Shown one piece after another: positions 17,921 to 31,041 of a DNA stretch of 64,000 bases. The stretch lies in assembly GCF_024502345.1 (NCBI RefSeq), contig NZ_JALDNN010000001.1. One strand, written 5' to 3'. The notes under the pieces were generated by a model that was given only the letters and a program-made list of their open reading frames with translations, was not told the DNA's origin and searched no databases. Position numbers and translations under genes: made by a program. Positions within the stretch are counted from its first letter, which is position 1, and every line of letters begins with the position of its first letter. The DNA comes from Escherichia coli (GTDB lineage: Bacteria; Pseudomonadota; Gammaproteobacteria; Enterobacterales; Enterobacteriaceae).

Positions 17921-18730
17921 CTAGAAAGAGCCGAGTTCAGAAATCGGTATGTTGAGGAGATGGCTGTTTTTGCTGATAAAGTATTCGAGACTACGGGTTG
18001 TTTCTCCATTCAATGACTTCTCTGCAACAGGCCTGTCTGTATCTTTAATGTGATCTTCTCCTCTGATCTCACTTGTAAAGTCGGGATACAAGACACGAGA
18101 CAGGACCATATTTGAGATTTTTACTTTTTTAAATTTTGCCCAAATCAATAGATCCATCATTGGGATAATATTGTAATCGACAAGTTTTCTTATCTTTGCC
18201 AGTCCAATTTTTTCTGTTTTTACTGGCTCAATTTCATATTCTTTCCTGAGAATGGGTAGCATCGTTTGTAAGGCTGTTATAATTTCTTCATCGCTAGACA
18301 TTCCTAAATCAAATGAAACATACATCTTGCTGCTATTTTGGTTAAGAAAAAAGTCTCTCATAGTTTTTGTTATTGGTTTATTTTTCAACTCTTTTTTGAA
18401 ATCACCATTTTCTTCAAAAAAATCCATGCTAAACATTATTAACTTGTTCTCTAATTTTTTTATATCACCAAAGCTAACCTGAGCAACATGTCTTTGGCCC
18501 TTGCCAAAATGGCCATGATTATTATCTTGTCTGCTTAAAATAGGATTACCTTCAAGGATAGACCTTAAATTTTGATTATCATCTTCCCATCCAAAATTTA
18601 CACTGTCGAAAATCGCTTCTCTAAAGGCAAGCTCGGTATGCAGTTCTTTGATTGTAAGTGATTTTAACTGCTCATAGCTTTCGAGACTAAACCAGATTTT
18701 TAATTCTTCATAAGGGCTTACTACTTTCAT
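17921..18730 (-). CDS. Hypothetical protein (269 aa), AT-rich island cargo between integrase and alpA
   Basis: ORF MKVVSPYEELKIWFSLESYEQLKSLTIKELHTELAFREAIF...; strong Shine-Dalgarno (aggaggg) before the ATG; no recognisable motif. Confidence 0.6.
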   Translation of the reverse strand: MKVVSPYEELKIWFSLESYEQLKSLTIKELHTELAFREAIFDSVNFGWEDDNQNLRSILEGNPILSRQDNNHGHFGKGQRHVAQVSFGDIKKLENKLIMFSMDFFEENGDFKKELKNKPITKTMRDFFLNQNSSKMYVSFDLGMSSDEEIITALQTMLPILRKEYEIEPVKTEKIGLAKIRKLVDYNIIPMMDLLIWAKFKKVKISNMVLSRVLYPDFTSEIRGEDHIKDTDRPVAEKSLNGETTRSLEYFISKNSHLLNIPISELGSF

Positions 18731-18841
18731 TAATCCCTCCTCTGTATTCGAAGCTTGAATGAGTTAACACTGCTTATTTGAATTAATTCTCCCTTAACAA
18801 GGTTGATAAGGGAGAACGATTAATTAACTACTTATTCATAG

Positions 18842-20092
18842 TTAAGTCTTTTTAAAATCAAATGGTGAAACTTGTCGTATTCTAAGGAGGTCAAGGTAAT
18901 CGGCCCACCACTGCAACATAAGCTTTCTCTCATCAAGGTGCTCTGCTTTATGTATGTAGGCAGCACGAACTGAGTTCCGCTCCTGATGGCTCATTTGCCG
19001 TTCAACAGCATCTTTCGACCACAAGCCGGATTCAATCAAGGCACTACAAGCCATAGCCCTGAATCCATGTCCACAGACCTCCACGGTTGTGTCATAGCCC
19101 ATAGACCTCAAAGCCTTGTTTACCGTATTTTCACTCATAGGCTTTCTGAAATCATGGTCGCCAATGAACACAAGTTCATGGTCACCGCTGATCTCTTTAA
19201 TTTCCATCAACACAGCCAATGCCTGACAACTCAAAGGAACAAGGTGTGGAGTTCGCATTTTCGAACCACGGTGCGAATGTTTCACTCCGGGTAATGGCTC
19301 TCGCTCTGCAGGAATAGTCCACATAGCATTCTCTAAATCGATTTCCGACCATCTTGCGAATCTGAGTTCACTGGAACGAATGAAAATGAGCAATGTCAGC
19401 TTTACGGCTAACTTCGTGAGTTTTCTACCCTTGAAACTATCAATTCGTTCTAAAAGTTCTGAGAATCGTTCGAATGGCAAAGCTGGCCTGTGGACTCTTT
19501 TAGCTACCGCAATAGCTCCTGCCATCTCCTGGGCAGGGTTGTAATCTATCAGACCATTCTGGACAGCATATCTCATTACTGCCGTTGTTCTTTGCTGTAA
19601 TCGGGAAGCAACTTCCAGTCGCCCAGAAGCTTCAACAGCTTTGATAGGGGCAAGAAGATCTCTGGTATTAAGTTCGGATATTTTTCTTTTACCAATAGCA
19701 GTAAAGAGACCATCTTCCATGCTTTTTAGAACTCTTTCGCTGTGGGAATTTGACCATTTCCTTTTACAGGCAGTATGCCAGTCTCTCGCAACAGCTTCGA
19801 ATGTCAGGGCTTCGCTTTGCTCAATCTTATCTGCTTTTTTCTTCTCAGAAGGGTCGATACCATCAGATACCAACTTTTTGGCTTCATCTCGCTTCCTGCG
19901 GGCTTCACCAAGAGAGACCATTGGATAAACACCTAATGCTAAAACTTTCTGCTTGCCCCCGAAACGGTATTGGAGTCGCCAGTATTTTGAACCATTGGGG
20001 TTGATCAGCAGGTGCATACCCTGCCCATCTGTGAGTTTGAAAGGTTTGTCGGAGGGCTTGGTAGTCCTAACTTTGATATCAGTGAGTGCCAT
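18842..20092 (-). CDS. P4-like tyrosine integrase (416 aa)
   Basis: MALTDIKVRTTKPSDKPFKLTDGQGMHLLINPNGSKYWRLQYRFGGKQKVLALGVYP... is the typical P4-family integrase N-terminus, with catalytic-domain R...H..R...Y pattern toward the C-terminus; adjacent to the 3' end of leuX. Confidence 0.85.
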   Translation of the reverse strand: MALTDIKVRTTKPSDKPFKLTDGQGMHLLINPNGSKYWRLQYRFGGKQKVLALGVYPMVSLGEARRKRDEAKKLVSDGIDPSEKKKADKIEQSEALTFEAVARDWHTACKRKWSNSHSERVLKSMEDGLFTAIGKRKISELNTRDLLAPIKAVEASGRLEVASRLQQRTTAVMRYAVQNGLIDYNPAQEMAGAIAVAKRVHRPALPFERFSELLERIDSFKGRKLTKLAVKLTLLIFIRSSELRFARWSEIDLENAMWTIPAEREPLPGVKHSHRGSKMRTPHLVPLSCQALAVLMEIKEISGDHELVFIGDHDFRKPMSENTVNKALRSMGYDTTVEVCGHGFRAMACSALIESGLWSKDAVERQMSHQERNSVRAAYIHKAEHLDERKLMLQWWADYLDLLRIRQVSPFDFKKT

Positions 20093-20281
20093 CAGTTGAT
20101 ACCTCCGCTGTTGGTATCAAAATCAATCGAACCGAAGATACCACCAGTTATACCATCATTCGTTGGTATATGTGGATAGAAGTAAGTAGACGTGGACAGA
20201 CTAAGAAAAGCCAAAACTCTGCTTAACTTACTGTTTTTGTGGACTAAAGTAGACGTTAGTAGACTTGAAAAAAACTTTTTA

Positions 20282-20366
20282 TGGTGCCGAAGGCCGGACT
20301 CGAACCGGCACGTATTTCTACGGTTGATTTTGAATCAACTGCGTCTACCGATTTCGCCACTTCGGC
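20282..20366 (-). tRNA. leuX: tRNA-Leu (anticodon CAA), leuX
   Basis: Reverse complement reads GCCGAAGTGGCGAAATCGGTAGACGCAGTTGATTCAAAATCAACCGTAGAAATACGTGCCGGTTCGAGTCCGGCCTTCGGCACCA (85 nt with CCA). Confidence 0.95.
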
Positions 20367-20561
20367 ACTGAAGAGGTATGCGGAAAACGTTGTGGATTAT
20401 ACCTGTCGCACGCCACCATGCAAGCGCCAGCTTGCTCGCACCTCGCTAAGTGCTGAAATTTTCAGCATTGCATACAGCGATGTGTAACCTTTGTCACACT
20501 CCAGGCACCCCGCCCTGCCATGCTCTACACTTCCCAGACAACACCAGAGAAGGACCAAAAA

Positions 20562-21581
20562 ATGTCGATGATAAAAAGCTATGCCGCAAAAGAAGCGGGT
20601 GGAGAACTGGAAGTTTATGAGTACGATCCCGGTGAACTGAAGCCACAAGATGTTGAAGTGCAGGTGGATTACTGCGGGATCTGTCATTCCGATCTGTCAA
20701 TGATCGATAACGAATGGGGATTTTCACAATATCCACTGGTTGCCGGGCATGAGGTGATTGGGCGCGTGGTGGCGCTCGGGAGCGCCGCGCAGGATAAAGG
20801 TTTGCAGGTCGGTCAGCGTGTCGGGATTGGCTGGACGGCGCGTAGCTGCGGGCATTGCGATGCCTGTATTAGCGGTAATCAGATCAACTGTGAGCAAGGT
20901 GCGGTGCCGACGATTATGAATCGCGGCGGTTTTGCCGAGAAGTTGCGTGCAGACTGGCAATGGGTGATTCCACTGCCAGAAAATATTGATATCGAGTCCG
21001 CCGGGCCGCTGCTGTGTGGTGGTATCACGGTCTTTAAACCACTGTTGATGCACCATGTCACTGCTACCAGCCGCGTTGGGGTAATTGGTATTGGCGGGCT
21101 GGGGCATATCGCTATAAAACTTCTGCACGCAATGGGATGCGAGGTGACAGCCTTTAGTTCGAATCCGGCGAAAGAGCAGGAAGTACTGGCGATGGGTGCC
21201 GATAAAGTGGTGAATAGCCGCGATCCGCAGGCACTGAAAACTCTGGCGGGGCAGTTTGATCTCATTATCAATACTGTGAACGTCAGCCTCGACTGGCAGC
21301 CTTATTTTGAGGCGCTGACCTATGGCGGTAATTTCCATACGGTCGGTGCGGTACTCACGCCGCTGTCTGTTCCGGCCTTTACGTTAATTGCGGGCGACCG
21401 CAGCGTCTCTGGTTCAGCAACCGGCACACCTTATGAGCTGCGTAAGCTGATGCGCTTTGCCGCCCGCAGCAAGGTTGCGCCGACCACCGAACTGTTCCCG
21501 ATGTCGAAAATAAACGACGCCATCCAGCATGTACGCGATGGTAAAGCGCGCTACCGCGTGGTCCTGAAAGCCGACTTCTGA
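20562..21581 (+). CDS. ahr: NADPH-dependent aldehyde reductase Ahr/YjgB (339 aa)
   Basis: [45 protein letters not shown]... zinc-ADH signature; start set at the internal ATG at 20562. Confidence 0.9.
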   Translation: MSMIKSYAAKEAGGELEVYEYDPGELKPQDVEVQVDYCGICHSDLSMIDNEWGFSQYPLVAGHEVIGRVVALGSAAQDKGLQVGQRVGIGWTARSCGHCDACISGNQINCEQGAVPTIMNRGGFAEKLRADWQWVIPLPENIDIESAGPLLCGGITVFKPLLMHHVTATSRVGVIGIGGLGHIAIKLLHAMGCEVTAFSSNPAKEQEVLAMGADKVVNSRDPQALKTLAGQFDLIINTVNVSLDWQPYFEALTYGGNFHTVGAVLTPLSVPAFTLIAGDRSVSGSATGTPYELRKLMRFAARSKVAPTTELFPMSKINDAIQHVRDGKARYRVVLKADF

Positions 21582-21710
21582 TCCCTTTGCCGGGTGCCTG
21601 TCGCCCGGCACTTAAATCTCTTTGGAAGGCGTCTCGCAATCTGCTGAATTTAGCGGTGAAGAGTGCGCAGCCGTTGCCTATACTCCAGGCAGGAAACTGG
21701 AGGATATCTC

Positions 21711-23213
21711 ATGAGCGAACCCCTGTTAATTGCCCGCACGCCGGACACAGAACTGTTTTTAATGCCGGGAATGGCTAACCGTCACGGGCTGATTACTGGC
21801 GCAACGGGGACGGGTAAAACCGTTACGCTGCAAAAACTGGCAGAGTCATTGTCGGAAATCGGCGTGCCGGTGTTTATGGCTGATGTGAAAGGCGATCTGA
21901 CCGGCATCGCGCAGGCAGGAACGGCATCGGAAAAACTGCTCGCAAGGCTTAAAAATATCGGCGTAAATGACTGGCAACCGCATGCCAATCCGGTGGTGAT
22001 GTGGGATATCTTTGGCGAGAAAGGCCATCCGGTGCGGGCGACGGTTTCAGACCTGGGGCCGCTGTTGCTGGCGCGTTTGTTGAATCTCAACGATGTGCAA
22101 TCTGGCGTCCTGAATATCATCTTCCGCATTGCTGACGATCAGGGGCTGTTACTGCTCGACTTTAAAGATTTGCGGGCGATTACCCAGTACATCGGCGATA
22201 ACGCCAAATCTTTCCAGAATCAGTACGGTAATATCAGTAGCGCATCGGTTGGTGCCATCCAGCGCGGATTACTGTCGCTGGAGCAACAAGGTGCGGCGCA
22301 TTTCTTTGGCGAGCCGATGCTGGATATCAAAGACTGGATGCGCACCGATGCCAACGGTAAAGGCGTTATCAATATCCTCAGCGCCGAGAAACTTTATCAG
22401 ATGCCGAAACTGTACGCCGCCAGCCTGCTGTGGATGCTTTCAGAGTTGTATGAACAATTGCCGGAAGCGGGCGATCTGGAGAAACCAAAACTGGTGTTTT
22501 TCTTCGACGAGGCACATCTGCTGTTTAACGATGCCCCGCAGGTACTGCTGGATAAGATTGAGCAGGTGATAAGGCTTATTCGCTCAAAAGGCGTGGGCGT
22601 CTGGTTCGTTTCGCAAAACCCGTCTGATATTCCAGATAATGTGCTCGGCCAGCTCGGTAATCGCGTTCAACACGCTTTGCGGGCTTTTACGCCAAAAGAT
22701 CAGAAAGCAGTGAAGGCAGCGGCGCAAACCATGCGGGCCAATCCGGCATTTGATACGGAAAAGGCAATCCAGGAACTGGGGACCGGCGAGGCGTTAATCT
22801 CGTTTCTCGATGCAAAAGGAAGTCCTTCTGTGGTGGAACGGGCGATGGTGATTGCGCCTTGTTCGCGGATGGGGCCGGTGACGGAAGATGAGCGTAATGG
22901 CTTGATTAATCACTCTCCGGTGTATGGCAAGTACGAGGATGACGTGGACCGGGAATCCGCCTATGAGATGTTGCAAAAAGGCGTACAGGCAAGCACCGAG
23001 CAGCAAAATAATCCTGCCGTGAAAAGGAAAGAGGTAGCGGTAGATGACGGCATTCTTGGTGGATTGAAGGATATTTTGTTTGGCACTACCGGACCACGCG
23101 GCGGGAAGAAAGATGGTGTTGTGCAAACAATGGCGAAAAGCGCCGCCCGCCAGGTGACGAATCAGATTGTGCGTGGAATGTTGGGGAGTTTGCTGGGGGG
23201 GAGAAAAAGGTAA
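21711..23213 (+). CDS. yjgR: HerA-like ATPase, DUF853-family protein YjgR (500 aa)
   Basis: [39 protein letters not shown]... with Walker A motif GTGKT; start at the ATG after ggagg. Confidence 0.85.
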   Translation: MSEPLLIARTPDTELFLMPGMANRHGLITGATGTGKTVTLQKLAESLSEIGVPVFMADVKGDLTGIAQAGTASEKLLARLKNIGVNDWQPHANPVVMWDIFGEKGHPVRATVSDLGPLLLARLLNLNDVQSGVLNIIFRIADDQGLLLLDFKDLRAITQYIGDNAKSFQNQYGNISSASVGAIQRGLLSLEQQGAAHFFGEPMLDIKDWMRTDANGKGVINILSAEKLYQMPKLYAASLLWMLSELYEQLPEAGDLEKPKLVFFFDEAHLLFNDAPQVLLDKIEQVIRLIRSKGVGVWFVSQNPSDIPDNVLGQLGNRVQHALRAFTPKDQKAVKAAAQTMRANPAFDTEKAIQELGTGEALISFLDAKGSPSVVERAMVIAPCSRMGPVTEDERNGLINHSPVYGKYEDDVDRESAYEMLQKGVQASTEQQNNPAVKRKEVAVDDGILGGLKDILFGTTGPRGGKKDGVVQTMAKSAARQVTNQIVRGMLGSLLGGRKR

Positions 23214-23233
23214 GCCAGGTGCGATTTGTCTTT

Positions 23234-23270
23234 GCCTGATGCGACGCTGGCGCGTCTTATCATGCCTACA
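23234..23270. repeat. REP element
   Basis: gcctgatgcgacgctggcgcgtcttatcatgcctac. Confidence 0.55.
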
Positions 23271-23373
23271 CCACTGCAATACATTGGATTTTCATGATTT
23301 TTCAGGCATGAATGAAGCACACTTTGCTAATAATAATAAAGGGAGCTTTCGCTCCCTTTATTCGTTCATTCGG

Positions 23374-24456
23374 TTACGATTTTCTCATTAACAGCCACAG
23401 GCTGATTAAGAAGAAGCTGGCGCTTGGCAACAGTGCGCCAATGATCGGCGGGATGCCGTAAACCAACGTCAGCGGACCGAAGATCTGGTCCAGTACGTAG
23501 AAGACAAAACCGAAGCTGATACCGGTGACCACACGCACGCCCATCGGTACGCTACGCAGTGGGCCAAAGATGAACGACAGCGCCATCAGCATCATCACCG
23601 CCACGGATAGCGGCTGGAAGATTTTGCTCCACATGTTGAGCTGATAACGTCCGGCATCCTGACCGCTCGACTTCAGATACTTCACGTAGTTGTGCAAACC
23701 GCTGATTGAGAGTGCATCCGGGTCCAGCGCCACCACGCCCAGTTTGTCTGGCGTGAGGTTGGTTTTCCAGGTGCCGCTCACCGTCTGCGAACCGGTAATC
23801 TGTTTCGGATTGGTCAGATCAGATTCATCAACCTGCGACAGACGCCAGACTTTATGTTCCGGGTCAAACTTCGCAGTAGCGGCATAGCGTACGGATTGCA
23901 GACGACGATTTTCGTTAAAGGCATAAATGCTGATGCCACCTAACTCTTCGTCACCTTTAACCCGCTCAATGTAAACGAAGTTGTTGCCATCTTTCGCCCA
24001 TAAGCCTTGCTGGGTAGAGAGCAACGAGCCGCCGTACATCGCCTGCGCACGGTAGTTACGCGCCATCTGCTCGCCCTGCGGCGCGACCCATTCACCAATC
24101 GCCATCGTCAGCAAGACCAGCGGAATGGCGGTTTTCATCACCGACAGCGCAACCTGCATACGGGTGAAACCAGAAGCCTGCATCACCACCAGTTCGCTGC
24201 GCTGCGCCAGCATCCCAAGACCAAGCAACGCCCCAAGCAGAGCCGCCATCGGGAAGAATATTTGCACATCTTTCGGCACGCTCAGCAAGGTATACATTCC
24301 TGCGCCTAACGCGTCGTAACTCCCCTGCCCGGCTTTTTTCAGCTGATCGACAAATTTGATAATGCCCGACAGCGACACCAGCATGAACAGCGTCATCATG
24401 ATGGTGGTGAAAATAGTTTTACCGATATAGCGGTCAAGTACGCCAAAAGGTTGCAT
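23374..24456 (-). CDS. lptG: LPS export permease LptG
   Basis: MQPFGVLDRYIGKTIFTTIMMTLFMLVSLSGIIKFVDQLKK... recognised as LptG; overlaps the lptF stop. Confidence 0.9.
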   Translation of the reverse strand: MQPFGVLDRYIGKTIFTTIMMTLFMLVSLSGIIKFVDQLKKAGQGSYDALGAGMYTLLSVPKDVQIFFPMAALLGALLGLGMLAQRSELVVMQASGFTRMQVALSVMKTAIPLVLLTMAIGEWVAPQGEQMARNYRAQAMYGGSLLSTQQGLWAKDGNNFVYIERVKGDEELGGISIYAFNENRRLQSVRYAATAKFDPEHKVWRLSQVDESDLTNPKQITGSQTVSGTWKTNLTPDKLGVVALDPDALSISGLHNYVKYLKSSGQDAGRYQLNMWSKIFQPLSVAVMMLMALSFIFGPLRSVPMGVRVVTGISFGFVFYVLDQIFGPLTLVYGIPPIIGALLPSASFFLISLWLLMRKS

Positions 24457-25556
24457 CACACCGCTCCTTTACGCGAAAAACTGGCGCGCAGGCGGCGGAC
24501 CGGCACGGTGTCCCAAAGGTTGAGAACAATCGCCAAAGCCAGATAAATCAGGTTAACGGTCCACATCCACAGCGTCGGGTCCAGCTTACCTTTACCGCCG
24601 TTCGATTTCAGGGAGGTCTGGATCAGGAAGAACAACAGATACAGCAGCATGGCTGGCAGCATCGATAGTACGCGCCCCTGACGCGGGTTAACCACGCTCA
24701 GCGGTACGACCATAAGTGCCATCATAAACACGGTGAACACCAACGTGATACGCCAGTTCAGTTCTGCGCGAGCACGATCGGTGTCAGTGTTCCACAATGT
24801 GCGCATGTCCATCTGGTCGGTATCGTTCGGGTCGAGCGCCACCGCCTGGTGACCAATGATCGCCTGATAATCCTGGAAATCCGTAATGCGGAAATCACGT
24901 AACAGTGCAGTGCCTTCGAAGCGCGTTCCCTGGTTGAGAGTGACGACCTGGGAGCCGTCGCGCAGCTGGGTTAAATGTCCGGAATCGGCCACCACCACAG
25001 AAGGAAGTGCATTACCTTTTGGTCGAATTTGCGCGAGGAACACATCTTTGAAATCGCTGCCGTCAACGCTTTCGATGAACAGCACCGAACTGCCATTAGT
25101 CGCTTGCTGGAATTGCCCTTGCGCCAGCGCCGCCATGCCAGGGTTCGCTTTCGCTTCTGCTAACACTTCATCCTGATGACGCGATGACCACGGTCCCGCC
25201 CACATCACGTTAACCGCCGCGACGATTGCCGTGAATACCGCAAGGATCATTGCCGCTTTCACCAGAACCGCTTTGCTCAGGCCGCAGGCATGCATTACCG
25301 TAATTTCACTTTCGGTATACAGTTTGCCCAGCGTCATCAGCAGCCCGAGGAACAGGCTTAATGGCAGGATAAGCTGCGCCATTTCCGGCACGCCCAACCC
25401 GAGAAGGGAGAGCACCAGATTCGCCGGAATATCGCCGTCAACCGCTGCGCCGAGGATCCTCACTAACTTTTGACAGAAGAAGATCAAAAGCAAGATGAAG
25501 AGTATCGCCAGCTGGCTTTTGAGCGTCTCCCGCACCAGATATCTTATGATTATCAC
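24456..25556 (-). CDS. lptF: LPS export permease LptF (366 aa)
   Basis: MIIIRYLVRETLKSQLAILFILLLIFFCQKLVRILGAAVDGDIPANL... recognised as LptF. Confidence 0.9.
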   Translation of the reverse strand: MIIIRYLVRETLKSQLAILFILLLIFFCQKLVRILGAAVDGDIPANLVLSLLGLGVPEMAQLILPLSLFLGLLMTLGKLYTESEITVMHACGLSKAVLVKAAMILAVFTAIVAAVNVMWAGPWSSRHQDEVLAEAKANPGMAALAQGQFQQATNGSSVLFIESVDGSDFKDVFLAQIRPKGNALPSVVVADSGHLTQLRDGSQVVTLNQGTRFEGTALLRDFRITDFQDYQAIIGHQAVALDPNDTDQMDMRTLWNTDTDRARAELNWRITLVFTVFMMALMVVPLSVVNPRQGRVLSMLPAMLLYLLFFLIQTSLKSNGGKGKLDPTLWMWTVNLIYLALAIVLNLWDTVPVRRLRASFSRKGAV

Positions 25557-25819
25557 TTTAAATACGCCCGTAAAAACTCGTCTTTTGCAGGATTTTAGCT
25601 TGTTTCATGGCTTAAACGTCATTTATTCTCTTGAGTCGTCGAAATCGTCGCTAAGATAATTATACTCAACGGATTCACCTCTCAGATTTTGTTCTGACGT
25701 GCCAATGCCGTAATAACGTTAAGATTAACACGAAGTCATCGCAACAGCGGACATGAGTTACGAAAGCTTGCAATTCTATCTGTAGCCACCGCCGTTGTCT
25801 TTAAGATTCAGGAGCGTAG

Positions 25820-27334
<1,515 letters not shown>

Positions 27335-27344
27335 TTGCGTCAGG

Positions 27345-27655
<311 letters not shown>

Positions 27656-27687
27656 CGTATTTAAATCCACCACAAGAAGCCCCATAT

Positions 27688-28131
27688 ATGAAAAACGCAA
27701 CGTTCTACCTTCTGGACAATGACACCACCGTCGATGGCTTAAGCGCCGTTGAGCAGCTGGTGTGTGAAATTGCCGCAGAACGTTGGCGCAGCGGTAAGCG
27801 CGTGCTCATCGCCTGTGAAGATGAAAAGCAGGCTTACCGGCTGGATGAAGCCCTGTGGGCGCGTCCGGCAGAAAGCTTTGTTCCGCATAATTTAGCGGGA
27901 GAAGGACCGCGCGGCGGTGCGCCGGTGGAGATCGCCTGGCCGCAAAAACGCAGCAGCAGCCCGCGCGATATATTGATTAGTCTGCGAACAAGCTTTGCAG
28001 ATTTTGCCACCGCTTTCACAGAAGTGGTAGACTTCGTTCCTTATGAAGATTCTCTGAAACAACTGGCGCGCGAACGCTATAAAGCCTACCGCGTGGCTGG
28101 TTTCAACCTGAATACGGCAACCTGGAAATAA
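27688..28131 (+). CDS. holC: DNA polymerase III chi subunit HolC (147 aa)
   Basis: [57 protein letters not shown]... recognised as HolC. Confidence 0.9.
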   Translation: MKNATFYLLDNDTTVDGLSAVEQLVCEIAAERWRSGKRVLIACEDEKQAYRLDEALWARPAESFVPHNLAGEGPRGGAPVEIAWPQKRSSSPRDILISLRTSFADFATAFTEVVDFVPYEDSLKQLARERYKAYRVAGFNLNTATWK

Positions 28132-30986
28132 TGGAAAAGACATATAACCCACAAGATATCGAACAGCCGCTTTACGAGCACTGGGAAAAGCAGGGCTACT
28201 TTAAGCCTAATGGCGATGAAAGCCAGGAGAGTTTCTGCATCATGATCCCGCCGCCGAACGTCACCGGCAGTTTGCATATGGGTCACGCCTTCCAGCAAAC
28301 CATCATGGATACCATGATCCGCTATCAGCGCATGCAGGGCAAAAACACCCTGTGGCAGGTCGGTACTGACCACGCCGGGATCGCTACCCAGATGGTCGTT
28401 GAGCGCAAGATTGCTGCAGAAGAAGGTAAAACCCGTCACGACTACGGCCGCGAAGCTTTCATCGACAAAATTTGGGAATGGAAAGCGGAATCCGGCGGCA
28501 CGATTACCCGTCAGATGCGCCGTCTCGGCAACTCCGTCGACTGGGAGCGTGAACGCTTCACCATGGACGAAGGCCTGTCCAATGCGGTGAAAGAAGTTTT
28601 CGTTCGTCTGTATAAAGAAGACCTGATTTACCGTGGCAAACGCCTGGTAAACTGGGATCCGAAACTGCGCACCGCTATCTCTGACCTGGAAGTCGAAAAC
28701 CGCGAATCGAAAGGTTCGATGTGGCACATCCGCTATCCGCTGGCTGACGGTGCGAAAACCGCAGACGGTAAAGATTATCTGGTGGTCGCGACTACCCGTC
28801 CGGAAACCCTGCTGGGCGATACTGGCGTAGCCGTTAACCCGGAAGATCCGCGTTACAAAGATCTGATTGGCAAATATGTCATTCTGCCGCTGGTTAACCG
28901 TCGTATTCCGATCGTTGGCGACGAACACGCCGACATGGAAAAAGGCACCGGCTGCGTGAAAATCACTCCGGCGCACGACTTTAACGACTATGAAGTGGGT
29001 AAACGTCACGCGCTGCCGATGATCAACATCCTGACCTTTGACGGCGATATCCGTGAAAGTGCCCAGGTGTTCGATACCAAAGGTAACGAATCTGACGTTT
29101 ATTCCAGCGAGATCCCCGCAGAATTCCAGAAACTGGAGCGTTTTGCTGCACGTAAAGCGGTCGTTGCTGCGGTTGACGCACTCGGCCTGCTGGAAGAAAT
29201 TAAACCACATGACCTGACCGTTCCTTATGGCGACCGTGGTGGCGTGGTCATCGAACCGATGCTGACCGACCAGTGGTACGTGCGTGCCGATGTCCTGGCG
29301 AAACCGGCAGTTGAAGCGGTTGAGAACGGCGACATTCAGTTCGTACCGAAGCAGTACGAAAACATGTACTTCTCCTGGATGCGCGATATTCAGGACTGGT
29401 GTATCTCTCGTCAGTTGTGGTGGGGTCACCGTATCCCGGCATGGTATGACGAAGCGGGTAACGTTTATGTTGGCCGCAACGAAGACGAAGTGCGTAAAGA
29501 AAATAACCTCGGTGCTGATGTTGTCCTGCGTCAGGACGAAGACGTTCTCGACACCTGGTTCTCTTCTGCGCTGTGGACCTTCTCTACCCTTGGCTGGCCG
29601 GAAAATACCGACGCCCTGCGTCAGTTCCACCCAACCAGCGTGATGGTATCTGGTTTCGACATCATCTTCTTCTGGATTGCCCGCATGATCATGATGACCA
29701 TGCACTTCATCAAAGATGAAAATGGCAAACCGCAGGTGCCGTTCCACACTGTTTACATGACCGGCCTGATTCGTGACGACGAAGGCCAGAAGATGTCCAA
29801 ATCCAAGGGTAACGTTATTGACCCACTGGATATGGTTGACGGTATTTCGCTGCCAGAACTGCTGGAAAAACGCACCGGCAATATGATGCAGCCACAGCTG
29901 GCGGACAAAATCCGTAAGCGCACCGAGAAGCAGTTCCCGAACGGTATTGAACCGCACGGTACTGACGCGCTGCGCTTCACCCTGGCGGCGCTGGCTTCTA
30001 CCGGTCGCGATATCAACTGGGATATGAAACGCCTGGAAGGTTACCGTAACTTCTGTAACAAGCTGTGGAACGCCAGCCGCTTTGTGCTGATGAACACGGA
30101 AGGTCAGGATTGCGGCTTCAACGGCGGCGAGATGACGCTGTCGCTGGCGGATCGCTGGATTCTGGCGGAGTTCAACCAGACCATCAAAGCGTACCGCGAA
30201 GCGCTGGACAGCTTCCGCTTCGATATCGCCGCAGGCATTCTGTATGAGTTCACCTGGAACCAGTTCTGTGACTGGTATCTGGAGCTGACTAAGCCGGTAA
30301 TGAACGGTGGCACCGAAGCCGAACTGCGCGGTACTCGCCATACGCTGGTGACCGTGCTGGAAGGTCTGCTGCGCCTCGCGCATCCGATCATTCCGTTCAT
30401 CACCGAAACCATCTGGCAGCGTGTGAAAGTACTTTGCGGTATCACTGCCGACACCATCATGCTGCAGCCGTTCCCGCAGTACGATGCATCTCAGGTTGAT
30501 GAAGCCGCACTGGCCGACACAGAGTGGTTGAAGCAGGCGATCGTTGCGGTACGTAACATCCGTGCAGAAATGAACATCGCGCCGGGCAAACCGCTGGAGC
30601 TGCTGCTGCGTGGTTGCAGCGCGGATGCAGAACGTCGCGTAAATGAAAACCGTGGCTTCCTGCAAACCCTGGCGCGTCTGGAAAGCATCACCGTGCTGCC
30701 TGCCGATGACAAAGGTCCGGTTTCCGTTACGAAGATCATCGACGGTGCAGAGCTGCTGATCCCGATGGCTGGCCTCATCAACAAAGAAGATGAGCTGGCG
30801 CGTCTGGCGAAAGAAGTGGCGAAGATTGAAGGTGAAATCAGCCGTATCGAGAACAAGCTGGCGAATGAAGGCTTTGTCGCCCGCGCACCGGAAGCGGTCA
30901 TCGCGAAAGAGCGTGAGAAGCTGGAAGGCTATGCAGAAGCGAAAGCGAAGCTGATTGAACAGCAGGCTGTTATCGCCGCGCTGTAA
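28131..30986 (+). CDS. valS: Valyl-tRNA synthetase ValS (951 aa)
   Basis: [26 protein letters not shown]...; class I HIGH-type motif ([13 protein letters not shown]) and KMSKS present. Confidence 0.95.
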   Translation: MEKTYNPQDIEQPLYEHWEKQGYFKPNGDESQESFCIMIPPPNVTGSLHMGHAFQQTIMDTMIRYQRMQGKNTLWQVGTDHAGIATQMVVERKIAAEEGKTRHDYGREAFIDKIWEWKAESGGTITRQMRRLGNSVDWERERFTMDEGLSNAVKEVFVRLYKEDLIYRGKRLVNWDPKLRTAISDLEVENRESKGSMWHIRYPLADGAKTADGKDYLVVATTRPETLLGDTGVAVNPEDPRYKDLIGKYVILPLVNRRIPIVGDEHADMEKGTGCVKITPAHDFNDYEVGKRHALPMINILTFDGDIRESAQVFDTKGNESDVYSSEIPAEFQKLERFAARKAVVAAVDALGLLEEIKPHDLTVPYGDRGGVVIEPMLTDQWYVRADVLAKPAVEAVENGDIQFVPKQYENMYFSWMRDIQDWCISRQLWWGHRIPAWYDEAGNVYVGRNEDEVRKENNLGADVVLRQDEDVLDTWFSSALWTFSTLGWPENTDALRQFHPTSVMVSGFDIIFFWIARMIMMTMHFIKDENGKPQVPFHTVYMTGLIRDDEGQKMSKSKGNVIDPLDMVDGISLPELLEKRTGNMMQPQLADKIRKRTEKQFPNGIEPHGTDALRFTLAALASTGRDINWDMKRLEGYRNFCNKLWNASRFVLMNTEGQDCGFNGGEMTLSLADRWILAEFNQTIKAYREALDSFRFDIAAGILYEFTWNQFCDWYLELTKPVMNGGTEAELRGTRHTLVTVLEGLLRLAHPIIPFITETIWQRVKVLCGITADTIMLQPFPQYDASQVDEAALADTEWLKQAIVAVRNIRAEMNIAPGKPLELLLRGCSADAERRVNENRGFLQTLARLESITVLPADDKGPVSVTKIIDGAELLIPMAGLINKEDELARLAKEVAKIEGEISRIENKLANEGFVARAPEAVIAKEREKLEGYAEAKAKLIEQQAVIAAL

Positions 30987-31010
30987 TCAAAACACAGTGA
31001 TGAAAACGAA

Positions 31011-31037
31011 GGCCGGAGCATGCTCCGGCCTTTTTTA
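31011..31037 (+). terminator. Rho-independent terminator after valS
   Basis: Hairpin ggccggagcatgctccggcc followed by tttttt. Confidence 0.65.
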
Positions 31038-31041
31038 TCTC

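Noticed and set aside
1-20281. Second copy of the leuX 3' end (attR direct repeat) delimiting the island
   Set aside because: No match to ttcgagtccggccttcggcacca or its complement was found by eye in the accessory region, so the distal boundary is probably deleted; this needs a computational search to confirm.
28086-30665. 859-aa ORF on the minus strand antisense to valS; similar long antisense ORFs at 49233..51188 opposite nrdD and 4343..5359 opposite uxuA
   Set aside because: They lie entirely within well-supported genes on the other strand and have no recognisable protein features; long antisense frames are common in GC-biased coding sequence.
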